Source: an uncultured SAR116 cluster alpha proteobacterium (GTDB lineage Bacteria > Pseudomonadota > Alphaproteobacteria > Puniceispirillales > Marisalimonadaceae). From it: a stretch of 64,000 nt of DNA. Below are positions 18,975 through 28,551 of this stretch, one piece after another; within the stretch, counting starts at the first letter, position 1, and each line of letters begins with the position of its first letter. A program made the translations under genes and the position numbers. Location: the NCBI GenBank assembly GCA_902528415.1, contig CABZSR010000008.1, positions 8,832 to 72,831 on the forward strand, in the 5' to 3' direction. The notes under the pieces were generated by a model. That model saw only the letters and a program-made list of their open reading frames with translations. It did not search any database and was not told the DNA's origin.

Positions 18975-19657
18975 TGACAACTAATAAACTTGAAAAAATA
19001 ATTAAATATAATTTTAACAATGTTAATTTACTACAGGAAGCACTTATTCATTCAAGTTATTCCGGTAAGAGTTGTAAAAAAAATAAAAAAAATTATGAAC
19101 GTCTAGAATTTCTTGGAGATAGAGTTTTAGGTTTAGTTTTGGCAGAGTACGTTTTTAATGTGTTTCCAGAAGCAAATGAAGGATTGTTAAATACTTATTA
19201 CCAAAAATATGTTAGTCAAGAATATCTTTTTAATTATTCAAAAAAAATACATCTTTCAAATTTCATAAAAACACAAAAAGGTGACAAATTAGACAATAAC
19301 AAATCTATATTAAGCGATGTTGTTGAGTCTATAATTGGAGCAATTTATTTGGATTCAGGTTTTACAGATTGTAAAGAGTTTATAATAAGAGAGATTATTG
19401 GTGAGGGTATTATTTCTTCTAAACCAGTAAGACATCCAAAAACTATTCTTCAGGAATATTGTTTAGACAAATTTAAATCTTTACCAAAATATAAAATGTT
19501 AAATAAATCTGGAGATGATCATAATCCAGTATTCACAGTTTCAGTTAATATCGAAAACTTTGAGTCAGTTTGTGCTAAAGGTAGAAATTTAAAAAGTGCT
19601 GAACAATCAGCAGCATTGAAATTCTTAGAAATTTTAAGTGATAAAATTTTAAAATAG
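18974..19657 (+). CDS. rnc: Ribonuclease III
   Basis: ERLEFLGD signature, DVVESIIGAIYLD, C-terminal dsRBD. Confidence 0.96.
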   Translation: MTTNKLEKIIKYNFNNVNLLQEALIHSSYSGKSCKKNKKNYERLEFLGDRVLGLVLAEYVFNVFPEANEGLLNTYYQKYVSQEYLFNYSKKIHLSNFIKTQKGDKLDNNKSILSDVVESIIGAIYLDSGFTDCKEFIIREIIGEGIISSKPVRHPKTILQEYCLDKFKSLPKYKMLNKSGDDHNPVFTVSVNIENFESVCAKGRNLKSAEQSAALKFLEILSDKILK

Positions 19658-19675
19658 AAATGGTTATTATTAGAC

Positions 19676-20593
19676 TTGAATAAATTAGAATCTAAATCTG
19701 GCTTTGTAAATATACTTGGTGTTCCTAATTCTGGAAAATCAACTTTAATTAACAAATTAGTAGGAAAAAAAGTTTCAATAGTGTCTCATAAAGTTCAGAC
19801 TACCAGATTTTGTATTAGAGGAATTTGTACATATTCTTTTAAAGATTTATCAAAATCTCAAATTATTTTAATTGATACTCCTGGTATTTTTTCTGCAAAA
19901 AGAAGATTAGATAAGGCCATGGTCTCTGCTGCTTGGTCAGAGTTAAAACATTCTGACAAGGTGATATTTATTCATGATGTTTCAAAGTCTATTAAAAATA
20001 ATAGTTTAAATGTAATGAAAGAAATATTTAAAATTAAAAAAAAAGTTATATTAGTCTTAAATAAAATAGACTTATTGACTAAACACAAACTATTAAAACA
20101 AATATCACATTTTAAAGAATTATATGACTTTGAAAAAGTGTTTTTGGTTTCTGCTAAAAACGGTAGTGGATGTGATCAATTAATTGAATTTTTAGCAATG
20201 TCAATGCCATCGCATCCATTAATGTATGATGATAATACTATTTCAGATTTACCCCTATCAATATTGGCATCTGAAATAACTAGGGAAAAACTTTTTAAGA
20301 ATTTAAATAAAGAGTTACCTTATAATTTAATGGTTGAAACTGAAAAATGGGATATTAGAAGTGATAAAAGCATAAATATTCAGCAAACAATTTTTGTTAA
20401 CAAAAGTAGTCATAAACCAATAATTTTAGGAAAAGCAGGTCAAAATATAAAAAGAATTTGTATTCTGGCTCGTAAAGACTTAGAAAAACTTTTAAATTGT
20501 AAAATACATCTATTTTTATTTGTAAAATTTAAAAAAAACTGGATGGAAGACTCGTCTAAATACTCATCAATTGGTTTGAACTATAATGCCTGA
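19676..20593 (+). CDS. era: GTPase Era
   Basis: GVPNSGKS, QTTR, DTPG, NKID, KH domain. Confidence 0.96.
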   Translation: MNKLESKSGFVNILGVPNSGKSTLINKLVGKKVSIVSHKVQTTRFCIRGICTYSFKDLSKSQIILIDTPGIFSAKRRLDKAMVSAAWSELKHSDKVIFIHDVSKSIKNNSLNVMKEIFKIKKKVILVLNKIDLLTKHKLLKQISHFKELYDFEKVFLVSAKNGSGCDQLIEFLAMSMPSHPLMYDDNTISDLPLSILASEITREKLFKNLNKELPYNLMVETEKWDIRSDKSINIQQTIFVNKSSHKPIILGKAGQNIKRICILARKDLEKLLNCKIHLFLFVKFKKNWMEDSSKYSSIGLNYNA

Positions 20594-21344
20594 ATGGAAT
20601 GATCAAGGTATAGTTTTATCTGCAAAAAAATATGGTGAAAAAGGACTCATAATAAATATCTTGACTGAAAACCATGGACGTCACCTAGGTTGGTTCAATA
20701 ATTATAAAAGCAAAAATATTTTAGCAGATGTTCAACCAGGTAATTTAGTAAATGTTTTTTGGAAATCTCGATTAATTGAACAAATGGGAAAGTTTAAAAT
20801 CGAACTTATTTCATCAGTTACTGGAAAAATATTTGACGAAAAACTGAAACTTCAAGCATTAAACTCAGTGTGTTCTTTATTAGAAAAATTTTTACCTGAA
20901 AGACAAAATTATTTTCAAATATTTAATGCAACTAATGCTTTTATACATCTCCTTACATTTCAGGATGAAAGTAAAAATGATTATTGGATGGAAGGTTATG
21001 TCAAATGGGAAATTGGTATTTTATCATCAATTGGATTTTCTCTTGATTTAAACCAATGTGCTGTAACAGGGAGTAACACTAATTTACTCTTTGTAAGTCC
21101 AAAAACTGGGAAGGCTGTCTCAAAAGAGGGTGCTGGAAGGCATGCTCCTAAGTTGCTTTTATTACCATTTTTTTTAGGAGGAGATAATGTTATAGGTTCA
21201 AATTTTTATAAAGAAATCTTAGCAGGACTAAACATTACGTCTTATTTCTTTAAAAATAAATTACTATTATCTATAAATACCAACAAACCAATAAACTTAC
21301 CTAAACCAAGAATACGGCTCGTTGAACTGATTGAAAAATTATAA
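20586..21344 (+). CDS. recO: DNA repair protein RecO
   Basis: EWNDQGIVL, CAVTG, VSPKTGKAVS; rnc-era-recO synteny. Confidence 0.93.
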   Translation: MPEWNDQGIVLSAKKYGEKGLIINILTENHGRHLGWFNNYKSKNILADVQPGNLVNVFWKSRLIEQMGKFKIELISSVTGKIFDEKLKLQALNSVCSLLEKFLPERQNYFQIFNATNAFIHLLTFQDESKNDYWMEGYVKWEIGILSSIGFSLDLNQCAVTGSNTNLLFVSPKTGKAVSKEGAGRHAPKLLLLPFFLGGDNVIGSNFYKEILAGLNITSYFFKNKLLLSINTNKPINLPKPRIRLVELIEKL

Positions 21345-21362
21345 ATTTAGAAGAGATATCTT

Positions 21363-23579
21363 ATGGAAAAATCTGATTTACAAGAAGAAAATATTAACTT
21401 TACTACCTTTTCAAAAGCAATTTCTGAACGTTATTTATCATATGCATTATCTACAATAACATCTAGATCTTTACCTGATGTTAGAGATGGTTTGAAACCA
21501 GTTCACAGGAGAGTTTTGTACGCAATGCTTCAATTAAAGCTAAATCATAATCTTAGCTTTAAAAAATCAGCAAGGGTGGTTGGTGATGTTATGGGTAAAT
21601 TTCATCCTCATGGTGATGCCGCAATTTATGAATCAATGGTTAGGATGGCTCAAGAGTTTGCTTTAAGGTATCCGTTAGTTGATGGTCAGGGTAATTTTGG
21701 CAATATTGATGGAGATAATGCCGCAGCTATGAGATATACAGAGGCTAGAATGACTAAAGCCGCAGAGTTACTTCTTCTTGATATCGATAAAGATACTGTT
21801 GATTTTAGAGTGACATATGATGATGAGGGTAAAGAGCCCGTTGTGTTACCTTCAGCGTTTCCTAATCTGTTAGCGAACGGATCTCAAGGTATTGCTGTTG
21901 GAATGGCTACTTCTATTCCACCCCATAATATTAGTGAGTTGGTAGATGCTCTTCTTCATTTGATCAAGTTTCCTAACGCATCTGGCACCACAATTTCTAA
22001 TTATGTAAAAGGACCTGATTTCCCAACAGGTGGTATATTGGTAGAGCCTAAAACATCCATCCAAGAAGCATATAGAATTGGAAAAGGTGGATTTAAATTA
22101 AGGGCAAGGTGGATTGTTGAAAAATTAAAAAGTGGTCAATGGCAAATAATAGTAACTGAAATACCTTATCAAGTTCAAAAAAGTAGATTGCTAGAGAAAA
22201 TTGCTGAATTGATGGAAAATAAAATACTACCAATGTTATCTGACATTAGAGATGAGAGTACAGAGAATATAAGGTTGGTTGTTGAGCCTAAAAGCAGAAA
22301 CTTATTACCTGAAATGATTATGGAGACACTCTTTAAAAAAACAGACTTAGAAACAAGAGTGTCACTAAACTTAAATGTTATTGACGATAAAAACATACCA
22401 GGAGTTAAATCTCTAAAAGAAACATTAAAATGCTGGTTGGATCATAGACAGATCATACTTAAAAGAAAAACTCAACACAGACTCTCTCAAATTGAGAATA
22501 GGATTAATATTTTAAATGGTTACATTACTGTTTACTTGAACTTAGACAAAGTAATTGAAATTATTAGAGAAGAGGACAAACCTAAAGAAGTATTAATATC
22601 TTTTTTCAAAATTAATGAAATTCAAGCAAATGCGATTTTAGATATGCGTCTTCGCTCCTTAAGAAAATTAGAAGAGATAGAGTTAAAAAAAGAACTTAGT
22701 AGTTTACAAAATGAATTAGAAACCCTTAAAGGTATACTTAATGATACAGATGAACAATGGAAAGTAATATATTCAGACATTAAAGATCTTAAAAAAGAAT
22801 TTAAAGATATATCAAATCGAAAAACTGATATTCAAGAATTACCAGATGTAGAAGATTTTAATGAAGATCAGTTTATTGTTAAGGAACCGCTAACAGTAAT
22901 TTTATCTGAACAAGGATGGGTAAGAACTCAAAAAAATCACTTAGAAGATGATATAGAATTGAAATATAGAGAGGGTGACAAGGAAAAATTTAAAATCCAT
23001 GCTCTAACTACTGATAAAATTATTTTTTTTGTAGATAATGGAAGGTTTTTTTCTGTTCCGGCTAATAAACTACCTACTGGAAGAGGTTTTGGTGAGCCTG
23101 TATCTCTTACAATAGATGTAAAGGGAGACAATAAAATTGTATCTTGTTTTCCGTTTTTTGAAGGTAGTGTAATTTTAGCTTTAGAATCTGGTCATGGTTT
23201 TAAAATTAAAACTACAAATTTAGTTGCGCAAACCAAGTCAGGAAAACAAATTTTAAATGTTAAAGACAATAATAAAGCAAAAATTTGTAAAAAAATAATT
23301 GGTGATACAGTTGCGATAGTAGGTAATAATAGAAAATTAATTATTTACTCAATTGAAGAAGTTCCTGAATTAAATAAAGGAAAAGGTGTGATACTTCAAA
23401 GATATAAAAATGGTACTTTATCAGACATTATGACATTTAAAAAAGAAGATGGTATTAATTGGAAAATGAATGGTGGACGTCAAAGAACTGAAAAGGATCT
23501 TTTGACTTGGGAAGGAAAAAGGGGTGGTGCAGGTAAAATGGTGCCAAACGGATTTCCAAGACCTCCATTATTTAAATAA
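21363..23579 (+). CDS. parC: DNA topoisomerase IV subunit A
   Basis: [23 protein letters not shown]; short CTD with no GyrA box seen. Confidence 0.93.
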   Translation: MEKSDLQEENINFTTFSKAISERYLSYALSTITSRSLPDVRDGLKPVHRRVLYAMLQLKLNHNLSFKKSARVVGDVMGKFHPHGDAAIYESMVRMAQEFALRYPLVDGQGNFGNIDGDNAAAMRYTEARMTKAAELLLLDIDKDTVDFRVTYDDEGKEPVVLPSAFPNLLANGSQGIAVGMATSIPPHNISELVDALLHLIKFPNASGTTISNYVKGPDFPTGGILVEPKTSIQEAYRIGKGGFKLRARWIVEKLKSGQWQIIVTEIPYQVQKSRLLEKIAELMENKILPMLSDIRDESTENIRLVVEPKSRNLLPEMIMETLFKKTDLETRVSLNLNVIDDKNIPGVKSLKETLKCWLDHRQIILKRKTQHRLSQIENRINILNGYITVYLNLDKVIEIIREEDKPKEVLISFFKINEIQANAILDMRLRSLRKLEEIELKKELSSLQNELETLKGILNDTDEQWKVIYSDIKDLKKEFKDISNRKTDIQELPDVEDFNEDQFIVKEPLTVILSEQGWVRTQKNHLEDDIELKYREGDKEKFKIHALTTDKIIFFVDNGRFFSVPANKLPTGRGFGEPVSLTIDVKGDNKIVSCFPFFEGSVILALESGHGFKIKTTNLVAQTKSGKQILNVKDNNKAKICKKIIGDTVAIVGNNRKLIIYSIEEVPELNKGKGVILQRYKNGTLSDIMTFKKEDGINWKMNGGRQRTEKDLLTWEGKRGGAGKMVPNGFPRPPLFK

Positions 23580-23763
23580 ATTAATAAATCAAATGAATTT
23601 TACGATTTTTAAATGACCATTTTTTGAGCAAAATTTATTAAAAAATCTGAGTAATTTAAATCATAAAAATTTAAATAAAATTTTTATTTTTTTTGTGTTA
23701 ATAATTTTAAAACAAGGCTATAAATATACACATAAAATTAAATGATTTAAATGGGAGTTTTTT

Positions 23764-24864
23764 ATGAAACGTAGAGATTTTATTACTAAAACTGGTGTCG
23801 GAGTTGCTGCTGGTATTGTTGGAGCTGCTACACTGTCTGCACCAGCTATTGCTGACGGACACAAAGAAATAAACATTGTGTCAACTTGGCCAAGAGATTT
23901 TCCAGGATTAGGATTATCAGCGCAAAGATTAGCTGCAAGAATAACTGAATTATCTAATGGGAAACTAAAATGTAATTATTTTGCAGCAGGTGAAAAAGTT
24001 GGTGCCTTTGATGTTTTTGATGAAGTTGCATCTGGTAATTCGCAAGCTTACATCGCAGCTGACTATTACTGGAAAGGAAAACATCCTGGTTTTGCATATT
24101 TCACATCTGTTCCATTTGGAATGACTACTGTTGAGTGGAATGCTTGGATTAAATTTGGTGGTGGTCAGGAGCTCTGGGATGAGATGTCAGGTGAGTTTGG
24201 ACTCAAAGCCCTTCCATGTGGTGGTACAGGAACTCAAGCTGGTGGTTGGTTTAATAAAGAAATCAACTCAAGTGAAGATCTTAAAGGATTAAAGATGAGA
24301 ATTCCAGGCCTTGGTGGAACAGTTATGTCAAAATTAGGAGCCTCTCCAGTATCACTTCCAGGTGGACAGATTTATGAAAATCTCGTGTCTGGCTCAATTG
24401 ACGCTACTGAATGGGTTGGTCCATATAATGATTATTTCATGAAGTTTTATGAAGCTGCAAAATACTATTATACTGGTGGAATGCATGAACCAGGATCTTG
24501 TTTGGCTTTTGCTTTTAATGCAAGTTTTTGGGGCAAATTATCTAGTAACGAAAAAGCTTTAATAACAGCAGCTAGCATGGAGGAACATGCTGCTCAATAT
24601 GAAGAAACTTGTGCAAAAAATGGTGAGTATCTCGCTAAATTAATAAATGAGCATGGAACAAAGGTACGATCATTTAATGACGATGTTTGGGACTCTTTTG
24701 GTGAAGCAGCAGCTGAAGTTTTTGAAGAAACAAGAAATCATTCAGCACTTGCAAAAAAGATAGATGGCGCATATCAATCATTTTTAAAAGAATGTGGAAG
24801 TATGATGGCTAAGTTTGAAATCTCGTATGTAAATCAAAGAAACAGAGTTTTAGACTTTTCTTAA
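23764..24864 (+). CDS. dctP: TRAP transporter solute-binding protein, TakP/SmoM subfamily, Tat-exported
   Basis: MKRRDF Tat signal; DYYW, GTQAGGW, KMRIPG, ATEWVG, HEPG. Confidence 0.93.
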   Translation: MKRRDFITKTGVGVAAGIVGAATLSAPAIADGHKEINIVSTWPRDFPGLGLSAQRLAARITELSNGKLKCNYFAAGEKVGAFDVFDEVASGNSQAYIAADYYWKGKHPGFAYFTSVPFGMTTVEWNAWIKFGGGQELWDEMSGEFGLKALPCGGTGTQAGGWFNKEINSSEDLKGLKMRIPGLGGTVMSKLGASPVSLPGGQIYENLVSGSIDATEWVGPYNDYFMKFYEAAKYYYTGGMHEPGSCLAFAFNASFWGKLSSNEKALITAASMEEHAAQYEETCAKNGEYLAKLINEHGTKVRSFNDDVWDSFGEAAAEVFEETRNHSALAKKIDGAYQSFLKECGSMMAKFEISYVNQRNRVLDFS

Positions 24865-24871
24865 ACAACTT

Positions 24872-24909
24872 ATTAGGGTCAGCTTTCGCTGACCCTAATT
24901 TATTTTATA
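24872..24909 (+). terminator. Strong intercistronic hairpin (terminator or mRNA stabiliser) after dctP
   Basis: Perfect 12-bp stem ATTAGGGTCAGC/GCTGACCCTAAT (24872-24899), TTTC loop, followed by TTATTTTAT. Confidence 0.8.
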
Positions 24910-24922
24910 CAGGTATTCACAA

Positions 24923-25876
24923 ATTTATATTTATTACAGAATTTTTGGTTGGTCATTATTGTCTTTCATAATAGCCTTTTTGATAGACAATATATTAATA
25001 GTTGGATTTGAATTTCCTGGTGCTGTTTCAATTATAAATAATTTTTCTCTACCGTCTTTTTTTGAAATTTCAATTTATATGATTATTTTTTTATTCACCA
25101 TAATGGTGGTTTTAAAAAATAAAAATATATCGTTAAGAAAAGAAGCCGAACTTCTTCATCTTATTAATGTTTATTTAATAAGATCATGTTTTTGGGTTAT
25201 CTTCTTAGTTGGATTAGTTGATATTACTATAGCTTTTTTTCGTGTTGAGAAAATATTTGAAGTTTTTTTTACCAAACAGTTTTCTAGTAATTTTACCAGG
25301 CCTATTTTTGTAGGAACTTTTATACATTTACCTTTAATAGTTGTTGGTTTTATTTTAGGTAAATTTACTAAAACTCTTGGATTCCAATGGTTATCCTTGT
25401 TGATTGTTATAAGTGAACTTTTAATTGTTATTGCTAGATTTATATTTTCTTATGAACAAACATTTATGGGGGATTTAGTACGTTATTGGTATGCAGGTTT
25501 ATTTTTGTTTGCTTCTGCTTATACATTGTACGAAGAAGGTCATGTTAGAGTCGACATATTCTATCAAGGATTACAAAATAAAACTAAAGGATTGGTAAAT
25601 TGCGTAGGTTCAATAGCATTAGGTGTTTCTACATCTATGACAATTATTTTTATAGGTTTTAATGGGAAACAATCAATTATAAACAGTCCAATATTAAATT
25701 TTGAAATTACTCAGCAAGGTAGTGTTGGTATGTTTATTAAATACCACCTGGCAATGTTTTTAGGTGTATTTGGTATAACAATGTTAATTCAATTTATTAG
25801 TTACTTTTTTGAATCTTTAGCTGATTATTATGGTGAAAAAGGTAAAAGGGTGATTGAAAACCAGTCGAGTCACTAA
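24923..25876 (+). CDS. dctQ: TRAP small permease subunit with N-terminal extra membrane domain
   Basis: LFLFASAYTL..EGHVRVD DctQ motif; frame is open upstream of TTG 24959 (RIFGWSLL); start is uncertain (ATT 24923 with SD AGGT, or TTG 24959). Confidence 0.85.
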   Translation: MYIYYRIFGWSLLSFIIAFLIDNILIVGFEFPGAVSIINNFSLPSFFEISIYMIIFLFTIMVVLKNKNISLRKEAELLHLINVYLIRSCFWVIFLVGLVDITIAFFRVEKIFEVFFTKQFSSNFTRPIFVGTFIHLPLIVVGFILGKFTKTLGFQWLSLLIVISELLIVIARFIFSYEQTFMGDLVRYWYAGLFLFASAYTLYEEGHVRVDIFYQGLQNKTKGLVNCVGSIALGVSTSMTIIFIGFNGKQSIINSPILNFEITQQGSVGMFIKYHLAMFLGVFGITMLIQFISYFFESLADYYGEKGKRVIENQSSH

Positions 25877-25879
25877 TTC

Positions 25880-28534
25880 ATGGAACTTTTATTTTTAATT
25901 TTATTAATAGTTATAATGGCAATATCACTAGGGGTGGGTTTTCCTGTCGCTTTTGCTTTACCTGGTTCTGCTATCATTACAATTGGAACTGCGGCTTTTT
26001 TTGGTTATTTATTTGAAAATGACTTTGGAGCTTTTTTTTATTTAGGAGGTCCATCGGAATGGTTGTCAGCTGGTGTTACAAACCTTAGGGGCGTTTATTG
26101 GGAAGTTGAAAGAGACACACTTATAGCTATCCCTTTATTTATTTTCATGGGCTTAATGCTTCAGAGATCAAGAATTGCTGAAGATTTACTAGTAACAATG
26201 GCCCAACTTTTTGGTCCTGTTAGAGGCGGCTTAGGAATTTCAGTTGTCTTTGTTGGAGCTTTATTAGCTGCTACAACAGGTATTGTTGGTGCTACGGTTG
26301 TGGCTATGGGATTAATATCATTGCCAGCTATGTTACGTAATAAATACTCAGCTCCTCTTGCAACAGGAACCATTGCTGCTTCAGGTACACTTGGTCAGAT
26401 AATACCTCCATCAATTGTTTTAATAATTTTGGCTGATCAATTAGCCTCTGCTTCAGACCAGGCTAGTACTATGAGAAAAGCTTTGTATAAAGAAGCAACT
26501 GGTCAAATTTCCATGCCTTCAATTTTTGATGTAACTTCGACCAGCGCTGGAGAAATGTTTTTGGGAGCCTTTTTGCCTGGAATTTTATTAGTAGGTATAT
26601 ATATGCTTTTTATCTTAGTTTTAGCATTTATATTTCCTAAAACTGCTCCTGCCGTTCCTTATGATGGAAAGATGGATAAAAAGTTTTGGCTTAACGTAAT
26701 GTTAATCCTAATTCCACCATTAACTCTAATAATTTTGGTGCTAGGTTCTATAATTACTGGTATTGCAACTGTCAATCAAGCTGGAGCGATTGGAGCTGCT
26801 GGTGCTATTATTATGGCAGGATACAGACAAACTGAAGGTTTCAAAAGCTCTCTTTATCCAGCAATCTTAGTTATTATTGCTGTCCTTATCTTAGCTTATG
26901 CAGTTTCTAATTATAATATGAATGTAAAATTAATTAATACTTTTGATGATAAGATTGGTATTTTTTTAGGATCTTTTGGATCTATAATACTTTGTATTGC
27001 TTTAGCGTGGAGTTGTTGGAGACTTTTCAAGTTTGGTAACACTATGCAAGGTGTAATGCTTGAAACAGCTAAAACAACATCTTTGGTTTTTATAATTTTA
27101 TTAGGTGCAGCTATGTTAACTGCAGCATTTAGAGCTTTTGGAGGTGAAGAATTAGTTAAAGAGTATTTAAATTCTTTACCAGGAGGTTTTTGGACTAAAT
27201 TTGTAATTGTCATGCTAGTTATTTTTATACTTGGATTTTTTCTTGACTTTATTGAAATAGCTGTTGTTGTAGTGCCAATTGTTGCTCCAATTTTATTATC
27301 CGATCCATCTGCAAATATAACAGCAGTTTGGTTGGGTGTTATGATAGGTTTGAACATTCAAACTTCTTTTTTAACACCTCCTTTTGGCTTTGCATTATTC
27401 TATTTAAGAGGCGTTGCGTCTAAAGCAGTTAAAACTATTGAGATGTACAAAGGTGTTATTCCTTTTATCACTCTTCAATTAATTGCTTTGGCTGTGGTTG
27501 GTTCATATCCTTATTTAGTAAATTATCTACCTAATAGATTAAGCTTCACATCTGAAACGTCTCCTCCTCCAAAAAATCCTAAATTGCAATTATGTATTGA
27601 AAATTATATGAAGGAAAATGTATTAAGTAACAAAAATAATACTAAAAACTCAATTGATTTTTTGGCTAAGGCTGACTTAACCACGCTTCCAAAGGAATAT
27701 AAAAAAATAATTGTTAATTCAATTACTAATTTTAATAATGGATTTGATAATTTAAGCAATGCTTTTGAAATACAAAGCCAAATTAATGTTGAAGCGATTC
27801 AATATTTACCTAAGTTGAAAGTAGTTAGGGACAAAGAGAAAAATATTAGAGAATTTAAGAAATTAATTAAAGACAATAAAACAAGCATTTCTAGGTTAGA
27901 CTCGGAAGAAACTGAAAAAATATTAACATTAAAAAATGAAAATATACTATTAAATGAAAAAATTAATAATGAAAAATTAAATTTTCCTAATAACTGGGTT
28001 AATGAGTACAAAATTTTTCAAAATCTTATTAAATCTGAAAATATGAATAGAAATAAATATAGAAGATCAGTCGATAGTTCTTATGAAGAAATAGAGATTA
28101 TTTACAATATATTGAATAAAAGAGACACGCTTTATAAGTTTGAAAAAGATTTTATTAAATTTAATAATGTATTAGAAAAAGATAATCCTAAAATTCTATC
28201 AAAAGAAATAAAAGAGTTATCTAAAAAAATATCTCGTCTACCAGACAATTCTAAAATAACTTCCAAATTATCAAAAGTTTCAAGAAATTTAAAAAAGAAA
28301 AAAGTTAACTATAAAAGAGTAAGAAAAGATTTTGAAAAGTCATTTTCTATTTATTTGAGTAAAATTAATTCTTTAAAGACTATTGATGAAAATGTTGAGA
28401 ATTATTTAGATAACTTTCTTAATGATACAAGAAATACTCTTGGTCTTAGGTTGCAGCAAAGTTTGCCTAAAGATGTTGCTCTATATTTGGCTAGTTGTAA
28501 ATCATCTCACCGTAATTTATCATTATATTTTTAA
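25880..28534 (+). CDS. dctM: TRAP large permease subunit with long soluble C-terminal extension
   Basis: GFPVAFAL, AIPLFIFMG, GTLGQIIPPS, SFLTPPFG; about 320 extra hydrophilic residues after the last TM. Confidence 0.92.
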   Translation: MELLFLILLIVIMAISLGVGFPVAFALPGSAIITIGTAAFFGYLFENDFGAFFYLGGPSEWLSAGVTNLRGVYWEVERDTLIAIPLFIFMGLMLQRSRIAEDLLVTMAQLFGPVRGGLGISVVFVGALLAATTGIVGATVVAMGLISLPAMLRNKYSAPLATGTIAASGTLGQIIPPSIVLIILADQLASASDQASTMRKALYKEATGQISMPSIFDVTSTSAGEMFLGAFLPGILLVGIYMLFILVLAFIFPKTAPAVPYDGKMDKKFWLNVMLILIPPLTLIILVLGSIITGIATVNQAGAIGAAGAIIMAGYRQTEGFKSSLYPAILVIIAVLILAYAVSNYNMNVKLINTFDDKIGIFLGSFGSIILCIALAWSCWRLFKFGNTMQGVMLETAKTTSLVFIILLGAAMLTAAFRAFGGEELVKEYLNSLPGGFWTKFVIVMLVIFILGFFLDFIEIAVVVVPIVAPILLSDPSANITAVWLGVMIGLNIQTSFLTPPFGFALFYLRGVASKAVKTIEMYKGVIPFITLQLIALAVVGSYPYLVNYLPNRLSFTSETSPPPKNPKLQLCIENYMKENVLSNKNNTKNSIDFLAKADLTTLPKEYKKIIVNSITNFNNGFDNLSNAFEIQSQINVEAIQYLPKLKVVRDKEKNIREFKKLIKDNKTSISRLDSEETEKILTLKNENILLNEKINNEKLNFPNNWVNEYKIFQNLIKSENMNRNKYRRSVDSSYEEIEIIYNILNKRDTLYKFEKDFIKFNNVLEKDNPKILSKEIKELSKKISRLPDNSKITSKLSKVSRNLKKKKVNYKRVRKDFEKSFSIYLSKINSLKTIDENVENYLDNFLNDTRNTLGLRLQQSLPKDVALYLASCKSSHRNLSLYF

Positions 28535-28551
28535 AACTGTTAGCGCGATAA

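Noticed and set aside
21585-21650. ParC QRDR has Ala at the Ser80-equivalent position ([10 protein letters not shown])
   Set aside because: Non-Ser residues here are common natural variants in alphaproteobacteria; not evidence of acquired resistance
23663-23687. Inverted repeat ATAAAAATTT/AAATTTTTAT upstream of dctP
   Set aside because: A/T only and expected by chance at this composition; cannot be supported as an operator
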